In this document: positions 18,801 to 26,896 of the stretch, in pieces
Layout: each line of letters opens with the position of its first letter
Position numbering within the stretch: the first letter of the stretch is position 1
IMG/VR virus record: IMGVR_UViG_3300032280_000431
Coordinates: 1 to 35,244 of that record
Direction: 5' to 3' (one strand)
Source: a virus
Lineage: Duplodnaviria > Caudoviricetes
DNA length: 35,244 bases
Program-made: the position numbers and the translations under genes
The notes under the pieces: generated by a model
What the model was told of the DNA's origin: nothing
The model's input: only the letters and a program-made list of their open reading frames with translations
Databases searched by the model: none

Positions 18801-20513
18801 GCATATTCGACCAATGGCGGAGTGACTTGGACCTCAGGTGGATCATTGCCTGGCGGCATATCAGGAACTGCGGTTTCAGTGGCCTACGGCGACGGGCGCT
18901 GGGTAGCACTAGGTTCAGGTGGTACATCGGCCTACAGTACCAACGGTGGTGTGTCATGGGTAGCTGGTGGTGCAGTTGGATCAGGTACTTATACCTCAAT
19001 AGCCTACGGACAGGGCGTGTTTGTGGCCATAACCACAGGTGCTACAACCACAAGAATTAGCACAGACGGTGGGCAAACATGGGGTGCGGGCGGAGCATTA
19101 CCTGCAAGTTCAACTTGGATAAGCATTGCCTATGGTGCTAATAAGTTTGTTGCAGTATCCAGCGCCGGTGCTGTAGATCCTGCCTACTCTGTAGATAGAG
19201 GAACAACTTGGAGCAGTGCAGACGAAACTGGATACCTAGGCACCGGTACAATAACTAGTGTTCATTATGGACAAGGAGTGTTTGTAGTCACAACATCCAG
19301 CAGCAACAACATGGCAAGTTCAGAAGACGGCCTCAACTGGACCACTAGAGCAATAACCCGTGCTTCTGGAACCGGGGCACTAGCTGCCATTCAAGGCAAT
19401 CCTTCACAGTCAGGAATTTGGGCAATTATACCTTCAGCATCTACAACAGCTGCATCTAGCGCAGTGTTAGGTGCAACTGCCAAAGCTCGTGCGTTTGTAT
19501 CAGAAAACAAGATATTTGCTATCAGAGTAACAGATCCTGGATCAACTTATGCAGCAGCACCAACGGTCACAATCACTGATCCTAACAACCTGTTTGAAGC
19601 ACCAACACAGGTAAGAGTAGGCAACGGAGCCTGTGCTAATGTTAGTTTCGTTAACAGAGGTTTAGGATTCGACTCAGCGTTTGTTGAACAAGACACAGGC
19701 GATGGATTTGCCAACAATTTCCAAAGCGGTAAATTTATGGGAGTCCGCAGATTAACTGGTATTCCTCGTTCGGGAGCCAACGTGGTATTTGCCACTCAGC
19801 CTACCACAGTTTATAAACTGGTACAGGTACTGTCTGAGTCAGGTGAATTTGACGGCGCAAGAACAGCGTTCTTCCAAATATCTCCAGAAATGTCGATATT
19901 TAACTCACCCGCAGATGGTACTGATATCACTACTAGAATTCGATACAGTCAGGTCCGACTCACTGGACATGATTTCTTGGATATCGGTACAGGTAACTTT
20001 GTTGAAACCAATTATCCCGGATTACCTACACAAATACCAGTCCCAGCCAACGAGACTGTGGATAACAACGGCGGACGTGTGTTTTATACTTCAACTGATC
20101 AAGACGGTAACTTCCGAGTTGGTGAGTTATTCAGTATTGAACAGTCAACCGGTGTGGCCACCTTAAATGCGGATGCATTTAATATCGCAGGACTATCAGA
20201 GTTGAGCTTGGGTAACATTACACTAGGTGGAAATTCAGCCACAATTACTGAGTTTTCAACAGATCCATTCTTAACTGCAAATTCAGACAATGTGGTGCCA
20301 ACACAACGAGCTATTAGAGCATATATTTCTGCACAGATCGGTGGAGGCGGAGCTGCTTTGAACGTAAATAGCTTAGTGGCTGGATTTATCGAAATTGCAG
20401 GAACACGTATTACTACCACAACAGGTAGCGCGATCCAAATGAAAGCTAACTTTAACTTCCAAGCCGGAGTAAGAGGTTACCCAGTAGCTTGGAATTACTT
20501 TTTAAACAACTAA
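12849..20513 (+). CDS. Giant virion fibre/baseplate-like protein 2, paralog of 7258 with extra inserted modules
   Basis: 2554 aa; same MAEFK start, 7 CBM-like repeats, SLDPGWGPAD..YVQNV beta-helix and RYSQVR.TGHDFLDIGTGNF..GGRVFYTSTDQDGNFR C-terminus; four helical CxRD repeats. Confidence 0.8.
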   Translation: MAEFKLGRIRFVWKAAWATSTTYYKDDVVRFGGKVYVCQIGHTASADFNTDLDINPTKWNLMSDGQRWRDEWSVAATYEEGDLVKYGGTIYICINGHVSAATAALGLEANSGNWNQFVEGTDWKGVWAISTRYKLNDIVRYGGINYICITGHTSAATAALGLENASANWQVYSQGQEYLGTWVTATRYKLNDIVKYGAGLWICTTQHSAGATFAGDAANWAQYVEGFEYENEWNPATAYQPGDVVKYGGNNYISKTQHTDSFVPSSVGSANWDLFSEGLSYQGDWSNTTSYNIGEVVKLNGYNYLAVTDSPSTTFTVTAVVASTDTFTIADTTGIVVGMTVRFTGTTFGGVFTSGRYYVKTVAAGNITISTTSGGTTFNVTANASGTMTATVSAEPPNTTYWAAISHGMYWRGDWADDVEYNIGDTVKHGANSYICVLGHRSEADDGSTLGTQGGGQANSRPDLDTTGTYWNALTIGSELSVLTTVGDMVYYGGAGPTRLPVGAEGQVLRVSSAGIPEWVTLGEIQNVYYVSPQGEDRPYPACGNTLDKPWQTIRYACEQIEKGPRNPNAQHLLELNRAFIQKEISAWIRAQITGNIAPFTSSFDYDEYKCERDVGFIIDRLIWDLGHDGNLKMRAAAFSLLGAFGEAGEFSAPEESTPYVTLAAEADEGVAAYEQLKLLVADVLANEVPSTVYQNVGQDSTAVVDQYINTDYVAETGITTTTDSLIDIVITALTDQVTTNLPARRVPNNTINIKTGQYRETLPIIVPAETALVGDEKRSVNAGPAGSLISKDDARYSIGALGRLETVVGQIILGTNVTESAGNTRVQSAAFPFASSVEETTIKRLVRTIQHQIDFKIGTTHMESSANPTGYNTTFLTGFGDARTLIRENKEFIKEEITAYLTANFSSVKYSKTKCKRDVGFIIDAMIYDLTYGGKWATLNAGTAYFDGDNSTDLQIDNSEIAATVSAYGRLKTVVQQIIANTTVTKSATNTATQWTDSTNLAGGAAANATVGGLVDIITNIIQGDSTESTTPQINVTTIATLNTLTSTAHGLAVGDAVVPRITANGLVNGTKYWVVTVADANTFQLAATYGGSVLASFTNGASLDIDLEIIDYPTATNAVTSTTALITAAVTLDAAQETIVTAATAYIVANYPALVYNSAKCERDVRLILEAVMFDFMFNSNFKTREAAYSYLRATAADVFSLNQKTATRASFSYVATLAAANVGGNATAQARISTLMTLLDDIVYGATNEGSICQTDIRSADWARLQLERNREYIVAEITAYGAATYTTSVTATAADVFTCADTSWMQRNAPIRFTGTVFGGVSTGTTYYIQNVVSSTTFKIAATRNSNTAFGLSTVPSGAMTVSLYYPVGECERDVNAYIDALKFDLQYPGNYKSRFAARYYANAVNGSLEEDMYYLRNGTGVRNQTLQGLTGDLLAPNEFGTSRVSAGAYCSLDPGWGPADFRTWIIGRSPYVQNVATFGYAAIGQKIDGALHAGGNDSIVSNDFTQIISDGIGAWVTNNGRAELVSVFSYYAHIGYLSENGGRIRGTNGNNSYGDFGSVAEGFDATETPILCEVDNTAFRATVGSVITDGVDKIWQFEYDNAGADYTELEWSVSGGGTGIATEQDDFRDGAVFQVRLLDNTDDSTTAEEIDGNFGGIGYISNANTAQSGTTTQLTLAATDDEITGAYVGMKLIVTSGAGAGQVGIISAFTAGTKIATVTKESTGAAGWDHLVPGTAIVAPDASSTYIVEPRVSFTAPTYSSTARTLATAQTYTDAAYAPTFAVYSPISSTTSGSGTSATFTAVRKGTKYTAVNIFAAGTGYARLDTVTVAGTSLGGASPANNITITVTAVNSTTGEITAFEFAGVGAGGSFVAVASGSRTTNTSVNGTAWSENLLALPSTSNWTSVASGKLTVVETAGSFVVGRSYRITSLGNTVYTSIGAAANLVGTYFVATGAGSGSGTATPVANHLVAVSSSTTVNAYSTNGGVTWTSGGSLPGGISGTAVSVAYGDGRWVALGSGGTSAYSTNGGVSWVAGGAVGSGTYTSIAYGQGVFVAITTGATTTRISTDGGQTWGAGGALPASSTWISIAYGANKFVAVSSAGAVDPAYSVDRGTTWSSADETGYLGTGTITSVHYGQGVFVVTTSSSNNMASSEDGLNWTTRAITRASGTGALAAIQGNPSQSGIWAIIPSASTTAASSAVLGATAKARAFVSENKIFAIRVTDPGSTYAAAPTVTITDPNNLFEAPTQVRVGNGACANVSFVNRGLGFDSAFVEQDTGDGFANNFQSGKFMGVRRLTGIPRSGANVVFATQPTTVYKLVQVLSESGEFDGARTAFFQISPEMSIFNSPADGTDITTRIRYSQVRLTGHDFLDIGTGNFVETNYPGLPTQIPVPANETVDNNGGRVFYTSTDQDGNFRVGELFSIEQSTGVATLNADAFNIAGLSELSLGNITLGGNSATITEFSTDPFLTANSDNVVPTQRAIRAYISAQIGGGGAALNVNSLVAGFIEIAGTRITTTTGSAIQMKANFNFQAGVRGYPVAWNYFLNN
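12885..14265 (+). repeat. Seven CBM5/12-like protein repeats (6th interrupted by an inserted beta module)
   Basis: Examples: WAISTRYKLNDIVRYGGINYICITGH and WVTATRYKLNDIVKYGAGLWICTTQH. Confidence 0.75.
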
Positions 20514-20516
20514 ATA
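20511..20516 (+). promoter_or_regulatory. Late promoter core TAAATA overlapping a stop codon
   Basis: CTAAATA, whose TAA ends the 2554-aa gene; SD GGAG and ATG 20535 follow. Confidence 0.55.
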
Positions 20517-20534
20517 CATCATGGAGATTAAAAA

Positions 20535-20864
20535 ATGCCAACAGGAAGATTAGGTACAGCTAACATTACAACAACAGCAGACACTACTGCGTATACAGTA
20601 CCTGCCGCTACTTTTTCAGTAGTTTCAGTGAATATTGTAAATAGGTCTAGTGCAGCAGCAGCACAGATAAGAATAGCAGTGGCAACATCAGCAACACCCG
20701 GTCCTGCTGAATATATTGAATACGATTCATCATTGGTAGCAAACGGAGTACTAGAGCGTACAGGAATTGTAATGAAAACTGGCGAATTAATAGTTGTTCA
20801 AACCCCAACAGCAACACCTTCATTAAGTGTTGTGGTCTACGGTATTGAAACATCAACAGCATAA
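20535..20864 (+). CDS. Small beta-rich structural protein (same family as 3117 and 6526)
   Basis: VVSVNIVNR..IRIAV..YIEYDSSLVANGVLERTGIVM..GELIVV..SVVVYGIE. Confidence 0.75.
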   Translation: MPTGRLGTANITTTADTTAYTVPAATFSVVSVNIVNRSSAAAAQIRIAVATSATPGPAEYIEYDSSLVANGVLERTGIVMKTGELIVVQTPTATPSLSVVVYGIETSTA

Positions 20865-20875
20865 GGTAGACAATC

Positions 20876-22105
20876 ATGGGAAGAAGAACAAGCGGTCAAC
20901 AGGTTGGTCTACAGGCAATTGGTAACGTACAGGCTAATGCTAATACATTAACAACTACGCAGACCAACCAAAATCTTTCGTTAGATCCTAATGGTACTGG
21001 AACTGTTGAAGTCTCATCCAGTGTTAATATTACAGGCGATGTAAGCATTGCCAACCAAAGTGATCTAAGATTACTAGAAGCAACGGCCAACGGCACCAAC
21101 TATATTGCTCAACAGGCTGCTGCAAACATGGCTGCAAACTACACTATTACTTGGCCAGCGGCAGTATCAGCCACTAGTGGATTTTTCCTTGCTTCAGACA
21201 CCAGCGGTAACTTGTCTTGGACCAGTGCTGCTGGAAATATTGCTGTTTCAGATCCCGGATCTACAGCAACAGTGCATTATCCGTTTTTTGGAACGAATGC
21301 AGGAGCACTGCCTTCTACACTTAGCCCACAAGCAAGAGCAAACCTAGCATTTGTTCCTAGTACAGGTGAACTATTACACCCAATTTTAAGCGGTGCATCA
21401 ACAAATAGTGCAACACTAACAATTCGTGGAACATCTAGTGCAACCAAAGCCACAGCAAGTGTGTTAATGACAGACGGTGTAGCATCATCTACTACCACTA
21501 CTGGAACACTAGTAGTCACAGGTGGAGTTGGTATCAGCGGTGCGTTAAATCTTGGTTCCGGCATAACGTTTGCAGGCAGTTCTGGTACCACTGCTACTGA
21601 TCTCCTGTATCAGCAAATGGCCGATAACGATTTTTTCCGTATCAGAACAGGCGGAACTGCTACCAATGCAGGTTTTGTAGAGTTTGCCACAGCCGACGAC
21701 GGCACTGAACCAATACATGTTCGTCAATACACAGGTGTTTTTACCACGTTAGTTAGAACAGCTACATTGCTAGACGCATCTGGAAATACTAGTTTTCCGG
21801 GAACTGTGACAGCGTCAATATTAACAGCAAATTCAGACGAAAGATTAAAAGAAAATATTAGCACCATCGATGCTCCACTAGAAAAATTACTGCAACTTAG
21901 AGGAGTAGAATTCAATCGTATTGGATATGAACCAAGAGAAATAGGACTCATTGCTCAAGAACTTGAAAAAATTATTCCTGGATTAGTGACAACAAATGAA
22001 GAAGGAATAAAATCAATTATGTACGGAAACATTGTTGGATTATTAATCGAAGCTGTTAAAGAACAGCAAGATCAAATTAATGAATTAAAAGGAAGACTCG
22101 TATAA
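20876..22105 (+). CDS. Tail fibre protein with C-terminal intramolecular chaperone (peptidase S74-like)
   Basis: SDERLKENI..L..LRGV.F..GLIAQELEKIIP.LV..Y..IVGLLIEAVKEQ followed by a coiled coil; T/S/G-rich shaft. Confidence 0.85.
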   Translation: MGRRTSGQQVGLQAIGNVQANANTLTTTQTNQNLSLDPNGTGTVEVSSSVNITGDVSIANQSDLRLLEATANGTNYIAQQAAANMAANYTITWPAAVSATSGFFLASDTSGNLSWTSAAGNIAVSDPGSTATVHYPFFGTNAGALPSTLSPQARANLAFVPSTGELLHPILSGASTNSATLTIRGTSSATKATASVLMTDGVASSTTTTGTLVVTGGVGISGALNLGSGITFAGSSGTTATDLLYQQMADNDFFRIRTGGTATNAGFVEFATADDGTEPIHVRQYTGVFTTLVRTATLLDASGNTSFPGTVTASILTANSDERLKENISTIDAPLEKLLQLRGVEFNRIGYEPREIGLIAQELEKIIPGLVTTNEEGIKSIMYGNIVGLLIEAVKEQQDQINELKGRLV

Positions 22106-22707
22106 TGCCATCGTTAACCAACTCGGGAGTTTTATATGACAACGTTCCCTATGATCAATACAGCACAGGGGCAACTAATACAACACAGACAGATGCTAAC
22201 ATGATCGTTAAAGTTCGATTCGGCAGCGGATCAACTGTGGATCAGTATGTTGGTACACCCGACGGGTCAAGCGGAATCATTGACGGTACTCAAGTAGACA
22301 TGGGCGTGCCTCAAAAAACCAATAATTGGTATAGAATTTTTTATCAAACTGTATCAGATGACACTGACGGTAATATCAGTGGTGTGGGCATTCGAGTAGA
22401 GCGATGGACTCCTAGTTCAGGGTGGCAAGATGTATTATCCCAAGGGTCCCATGCCAGTTATGACAACAACTACAGCGATTGGTATAGACAAAATCAAGGA
22501 ATATTTTGGGTTCCAACACATCCGTCGTTTCCAACTCAGCAACATCAATTTAGACTAGGTTTTCACAAGCATGACAACGGCCAATTAAGGATCAATTGCT
22601 CAATAGGTAACGATCTCCGTCGCAACGGGTGGCAAAATAATACTTTTGAAGTGTGGGAAGTAGATGGTAGCCGAGTAACAACAACTGGAAGGATATCGAG
22701 GTTCTAA
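22105..22707 (+). CDS. Fibre-tip-like beta protein, paralog 1 of 3
   Basis: Shares MG.P....NWYR..Y.T..DD, RWTPSSGW, G.HA.YDN, C.IG and EVWE.D with the next two ORFs. Confidence 0.75.
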   Translation: MPSLTNSGVLYDNVPYDQYSTGATNTTQTDANMIVKVRFGSGSTVDQYVGTPDGSSGIIDGTQVDMGVPQKTNNWYRIFYQTVSDDTDGNISGVGIRVERWTPSSGWQDVLSQGSHASYDNNYSDWYRQNQGIFWVPTHPSFPTQQHQFRLGFHKHDNGQLRINCSIGNDLRRNGWQNNTFEVWEVDGSRVTTTGRISRF

Positions 22708-22708
22708 T

Positions 22709-23266
22709 ATGCCAACTTCATTGACAAATACAGGAGTAGTTTACACGTCGGGAAATACACAGGTGTCTACTCGAGCGGTGGTTAAACATCGCATGGTGGG
22801 AGCAACTACCGTTGACCAAGGTCTGCCCAGCGGTGGTTGGGATCATATCAGCGGTGTCGAAATAAACATGGGAACACCTCAGAAATCAGGCAATTGGTAT
22901 CGATGCGAATGGTATACCGACACAGACGACTGGGGTGGCAGCAACGGCGGCAGTGGGTATGCGTTATATAGATGGACTCCCAGCACAGGTTGGAATAGAA
23001 TTTTAGATTCTGGATGGCATGCCAATTACGATAACAATGCCGGTGATTTTTACACCTCAGTAAGAACTCTGTACTACGCCCCAGCAATAAATAACACAGA
23101 AGATCATGCATTTAGAATCTACGGTCGTCGACATCCTGACGTAGCAATGAGATGCAATTGTTCAATTGGTGCAGACCTTAGACAGCAAAACTGGAACAAC
23201 GCCCTATTTGAAGTCTGGGAAATGGACGGCGATATCTGCACAACCGCTAATTTATCAAGGTACTAA
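22709..23266 (+). CDS. Fibre-tip-like beta protein, paralog 2 of 3
   Basis: MGTPQKSGNWYR, RWTPSTGW, GWHANYDN, CSIG, EVWEMD. Confidence 0.75.
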   Translation: MPTSLTNTGVVYTSGNTQVSTRAVVKHRMVGATTVDQGLPSGGWDHISGVEINMGTPQKSGNWYRCEWYTDTDDWGGSNGGSGYALYRWTPSTGWNRILDSGWHANYDNNAGDFYTSVRTLYYAPAINNTEDHAFRIYGRRHPDVAMRCNCSIGADLRQQNWNNALFEVWEMDGDICTTANLSRY

Positions 23267-23271
23267 TTATT

Positions 23272-23838
23272 ATGCCAACAACATTAAACAGCACTGGACT
23301 AGTAAATGCAGACAGTCAAACCCAAAGAAATTTCGAAGGTATTGTCAAAGTAGGATTTACATCATCTGGCAGCAGAGACTTCAGCGCAGGCAACGGCTTC
23401 GGACCACAGTGGCAATATGCGGGATCAGAAGTTAGTATGGGGGTTCCTGCTAATTCAAGAAACTGGTACAGAATTCGATATCAAACAATCTGCGATGATC
23501 AAGGCGGTGGCGCACAAGGCACAGGTGCAGCCATTTATCGTAACACGCCAAGTTCAGGGTGGAACCGTGTAATGGATCAAGGACACCATGCCACACTAGA
23601 AAATGATACTGGAGATTTGTATTGGATGTGTAACGTAGACTATCTAGTTCCAGTACACCCATCATATCCTAACGAAGCACACTCATTCAGAATATATCAT
23701 GCCAACTGGAACGGCCCTGCTAGAGTGCATTGCGGTATTGGACGACAGACTCGCAATGGCAACTGGGAAAATAATATTTTAGAAGTATGGGAGATTGATC
23801 ATAATGTAATGAATTCTGGCAATCTTGGAAGATACTAA
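23272..23838 (+). CDS. Fibre-tip-like beta protein, paralog 3 of 3
   Basis: MGVPANSRNWYR, RNTPSSGW, GHHATLEN, CGIG, EVWEID. Confidence 0.75.
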   Translation: MPTTLNSTGLVNADSQTQRNFEGIVKVGFTSSGSRDFSAGNGFGPQWQYAGSEVSMGVPANSRNWYRIRYQTICDDQGGGAQGTGAAIYRNTPSSGWNRVMDQGHHATLENDTGDLYWMCNVDYLVPVHPSYPNEAHSFRIYHANWNGPARVHCGIGRQTRNGNWENNILEVWEIDHNVMNSGNLGRY

Positions 23839-23855
23839 TACAAAAGGAAAATAAC

Positions 23856-24314
23856 ATGGCATTAACTGATAAATCACTGAGATACGACATACTAAAAGCT
23901 CCTTTTATGGGGCATGCATTGGCCGAATTATTAGTGAGTCGTGGAGGGAAATATGAATTCATGGGCAGTTTTAGTTTTTCAACAGACCAAGAGTATAAAG
24001 AATTGAAATTTAGAGATACTACCGCATCTGATGAATTAAAAGAAATCGATCCCTGGACCGGCGAAGCAAAAAACATATATACCTATGAGCAGGTCAAAAA
24101 TGAATTGCCAACTTTTGCAGAAGTTTTAGCAGAACACGAAGATAATCTAGCAGAATATGCTGCATATGAAGGAAAGCGTCTTAGAAAGTATCCTGACTGG
24201 AGAGAGCAATTGGATATGTTATACAAGGACATAGATCAAGGACTGCTAGGAGAAGATGCAAAATCTAGCCAATTCTATACCGCAATTAAGGCCGTGAAAG
24301 ATGCAAGCTCATAA
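23856..24314 (+). CDS. Probable tail-fibre assembly/chaperone-like protein
   Basis: The C-terminal R..YPDWREQLDMLY.D..I.AVK motif is common in small genes following phage fibre genes. SD AAGGA. Confidence 0.6.
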   Translation: MALTDKSLRYDILKAPFMGHALAELLVSRGGKYEFMGSFSFSTDQEYKELKFRDTTASDELKEIDPWTGEAKNIYTYEQVKNELPTFAEVLAEHEDNLAEYAAYEGKRLRKYPDWREQLDMLYKDIDQGLLGEDAKSSQFYTAIKAVKDASS

Positions 24315-24317
24315 ATA
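24311..24317 (+). promoter_or_regulatory. Late promoter core ATAAATA, 5 nt before ATG 24323
   Basis: ATAAATA-TCTGC-ATG; the TAA is the upstream stop codon. Confidence 0.6.
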
Positions 24318-24322
24318 TCTGC

Positions 24323-24943
24323 ATGACAGAGCAGACATTTTATTCTTTCACACTACAGTACTATCAAAATAAACCCTTAGCAGAACAATTACTTCCGATA
24401 GCTCGGAAGTTTTTGTCTGATCCCTCTAAATTAACCAACGAGTGGGATTACAAAAATACATATACTCATCACGACGGTCTTGCAGTTGAACCTGATTTAA
24501 AATTTTTTGTAGATTTTATATTAGAAAAGTCATATGACTATCTTAAGTCTCAAAATATAAAACTAAAACCTAATATAGAACTGTGGGTTTCTTTGTTTGC
24601 CAGCGAAATGCACATGGGAGATGAGCACGATGCACATAATCACCCGGGTGCGCTGTTATCAGGATTGATCTATCTTCAGTGTCCGCCGGGATCGGCAAAT
24701 CTAGAATTTTCCTCGCCAAGACATTCAAACAAGGCCTGGCTAAATTATCTCGACGAATCTAGCTATTGTAACAGCAATGAACTTTTCAGTATAAGACCCG
24801 ATCATACAATCGTTGTAAAACCATCTCCGGGTTTATTTTTATTTTGGGAATCGTGGGCATTACACCGGGTACCCCCTAACCAGTCCATAGATGGACGGAT
24901 AACCTTGGTATTCAATGTTGGAGTAGATCATGCCAAAATTTGA
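24323..24943 (+). CDS. 2OG-Fe(II) dioxygenase, HxH type (TIGR02466/2OG-FeII_Oxy_5-like)
   Basis: HNHPGALLSGLIYL ... SWALHRV ... RITLVFN. Confidence 0.85.
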   Translation: MTEQTFYSFTLQYYQNKPLAEQLLPIARKFLSDPSKLTNEWDYKNTYTHHDGLAVEPDLKFFVDFILEKSYDYLKSQNIKLKPNIELWVSLFASEMHMGDEHDAHNHPGALLSGLIYLQCPPGSANLEFSSPRHSNKAWLNYLDESSYCNSNELFSIRPDHTIVVKPSPGLFLFWESWALHRVPPNQSIDGRITLVFNVGVDHAKI

Positions 24944-25562
24944 AATACTACCGGTATTTCCTTCAGTGATATCTGCTACTAAAATCAGTGAAGACATAAC
25001 AGCACTTTGGAATTTATCAGAATCTATAGAATACAACTTATCAGATGCAGACGATACACAATTAGTATATGCAAGTAAAAATCTACATTTGTTAGAAACT
25101 CTACCAGATATTAAAAAAATAATTCTAGATTATTTTTATAATTTTAAAAATACAGTGTTGAAGTTAGATACTACAAATTTTGAAATAACAACCTCATGGA
25201 TGACAAAAACAGAACCCAACGGTTTTTGTCAATACCATCGCCATCGAAATTCCTATTATAGCGGAGTATTGTATTCTAGCAAAACTAACAGTATCGACAG
25301 CGGAAATTTAATGTTTACTGATGACGGAATTAAACAAGATTCAATGTTAATTAACACACCGTCAGAGTGGAATATATTAAACAGTAATCGAATGGTGATA
25401 GAACCCGATGCAAACTTATTAATATTTTTTCCTAGCACATTACGACACCGAATAAGTAGATACACAGGAATAGAAAATAGATACTCTTTAGCATTCAACC
25501 TTTTTCCAGTTGGAAACCTAGGAAAAGGCGATTCTTCTATAAAATTAAAACTTAATAATTAA
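24930..25562 (+). CDS. 2OG-Fe(II) dioxygenase, HxH type
   Basis: VFPS N-terminus, SW, HRHRNSYYSGVLY, FPSTLRH, RYSLAFN. Confidence 0.85.
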   Translation: MPKFEILPVFPSVISATKISEDITALWNLSESIEYNLSDADDTQLVYASKNLHLLETLPDIKKIILDYFYNFKNTVLKLDTTNFEITTSWMTKTEPNGFCQYHRHRNSYYSGVLYSSKTNSIDSGNLMFTDDGIKQDSMLINTPSEWNILNSNRMVIEPDANLLIFFPSTLRHRISRYTGIENRYSLAFNLFPVGNLGKGDSSIKLKLNN

Positions 25563-25577
25563 CAAGAGCATATACCT

Positions 25578-26339
25578 ATGAAAAACTTTAACCCCCAAAT
25601 TGATCCTAATAAAATTTTTATTGTTGATGATGTTGCTCCCGACTGGCTATTTCAGTCTTGGCAACAACGCATATTACAGGCACAGCGATGGAAATACGGA
25701 CTAGCAGCTACTAGATTAGACTATCAACGATTTTTTGCAATATGGATATCTCAGGCAGGCACACATCGAGGACTTAGAGGTCCGTTTCCTGGAGACCACG
25801 AGGGGATATGTAATTATTTCAACGATTTGTGGCAAGACAATCATCTTCCTGCGTTAATGCCTGACGCCAAAGTTTTAAATATACATCGGGTTCATTTTAA
25901 TGGACAGTTTCCTAGCAACGAAGAACTAGGACTCCACTATGATTGGGAAGACTTGGACATGTGGACTATGATATATTATATGGAGGGAACAGGCGGCGAT
26001 ACTGTTTTCTTTGATAATCCCGAACCAGGAGAAGACGGAGTCCTACAAAAGCCAAAAGAGATATTTAGGAGTGAATTCAAATTGAATCGAGTGGTATTTT
26101 TTCCGTCATTTTATTGGCATTATGCAGAAAATCCCCCATCAGGATTTAGAATTAGCTTGTCATTCAACTATCTTTTAAATCGTTGCAAGATCAACGAAGA
26201 ATTAAGACAGGATCGAGGAGTTGTAGAAACTCCAACTGGACATCCTGATCTAACAGACTTTTTTGCCGAATTAGACAATCGTGCGCAGTATGAAAGATTT
26301 TCTAATACCAGTCATACAGATTTAGGGTCTAAGAAATAG
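25578..26339 (+). CDS. 2OG-Fe(II) dioxygenase, HxD type (prolyl-hydroxylase-like, Oxy_3)
   Basis: HYD..WTMIYY..GGDTVF..FPSFYWH..RISLSFN. Confidence 0.85.
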   Translation: MKNFNPQIDPNKIFIVDDVAPDWLFQSWQQRILQAQRWKYGLAATRLDYQRFFAIWISQAGTHRGLRGPFPGDHEGICNYFNDLWQDNHLPALMPDAKVLNIHRVHFNGQFPSNEELGLHYDWEDLDMWTMIYYMEGTGGDTVFFDNPEPGEDGVLQKPKEIFRSEFKLNRVVFFPSFYWHYAENPPSGFRISLSFNYLLNRCKINEELRQDRGVVETPTGHPDLTDFFAELDNRAQYERFSNTSHTDLGSKK

Positions 26340-26888
26340 TTTAGTAGCAATTGTAAATCTTGGATGTTCGGCAGAGATTGTACAAGGCACTGCTGAGTGC
26401 TGTATTCTAGAATCAAATAATAAAACAGTACCGGGTTTTATTATTTGTGTATGTATGACATGTTGGCAGTCATCGCTGTAAAACATTGTCTCTCCGTGCC
26501 AATTAATATCCCATGTATGATTTGCATAGTGTATCATAGTATAATAATTATCTTTGTTTTCTGATATATCTGCGTGAAGAAAGTCTACAGTAGAAGATGT
26601 GCTGTAATTTATATATTGTCCAGTAACAGCTACTCTTGACCAATCCAATTCATCAACCACCGACATGTACGTTGGATTGATTAACGAGGATAGTTGACTT
26701 TTAGGATCAATCGTACTCCACCATTTTGCATCGCGGTCAAGATTGTTTAATAGGTACACATCAATATTAGTTCGACTAAAAGATGCGTTTACTATTAAAT
26801 CGTAGATTCCTAGATTTTCTCTTCGATTAAAAACACCCTCGTAAGAAATAATTTTTTTGCCTTGATACTCTATTATTTTTTTTATCAT
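26322..26888 (-). CDS. 2OG-Fe(II) dioxygenase, HxD type
   Basis: HAD..TMIHYAN.TWDINWHGET.F..PG..LLFDSRIQH..RFTIATK. Confidence 0.85.
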   Translation of the reverse strand: MIKKIIEYQGKKIISYEGVFNRRENLGIYDLIVNASFSRTNIDVYLLNNLDRDAKWWSTIDPKSQLSSLINPTYMSVVDELDWSRVAVTGQYINYSTSSTVDFLHADISENKDNYYTMIHYANHTWDINWHGETMFYSDDCQHVIHTQIIKPGTVLLFDSRIQHSAVPCTISAEHPRFTIATKLFLRP

Positions 26889-26896
26889 ATGTTATC

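Noticed and set aside
7258-20513. Inteins or introns explaining the giant ORF sizes
   Set aside because: No C...HN splice motifs or LAGLIDADG/HNH motifs. The extra length is accounted for by repeated structural modules.
808-21951. Many minus-strand and alternate-frame ORFs (60-150 aa) within the structural genes
   Set aside because: They are shadows of long + genes with biased codon usage. They give V/P/L-rich antisense translations with no motifs.
22105-23838. Diversity-generating retroelement (TR/VR) explanation for the triplet
   Set aside because: There is no reverse transcriptase in the window and no near-identical ~100-nt repeat differing only at adenines. Divergence is spread across all positions.
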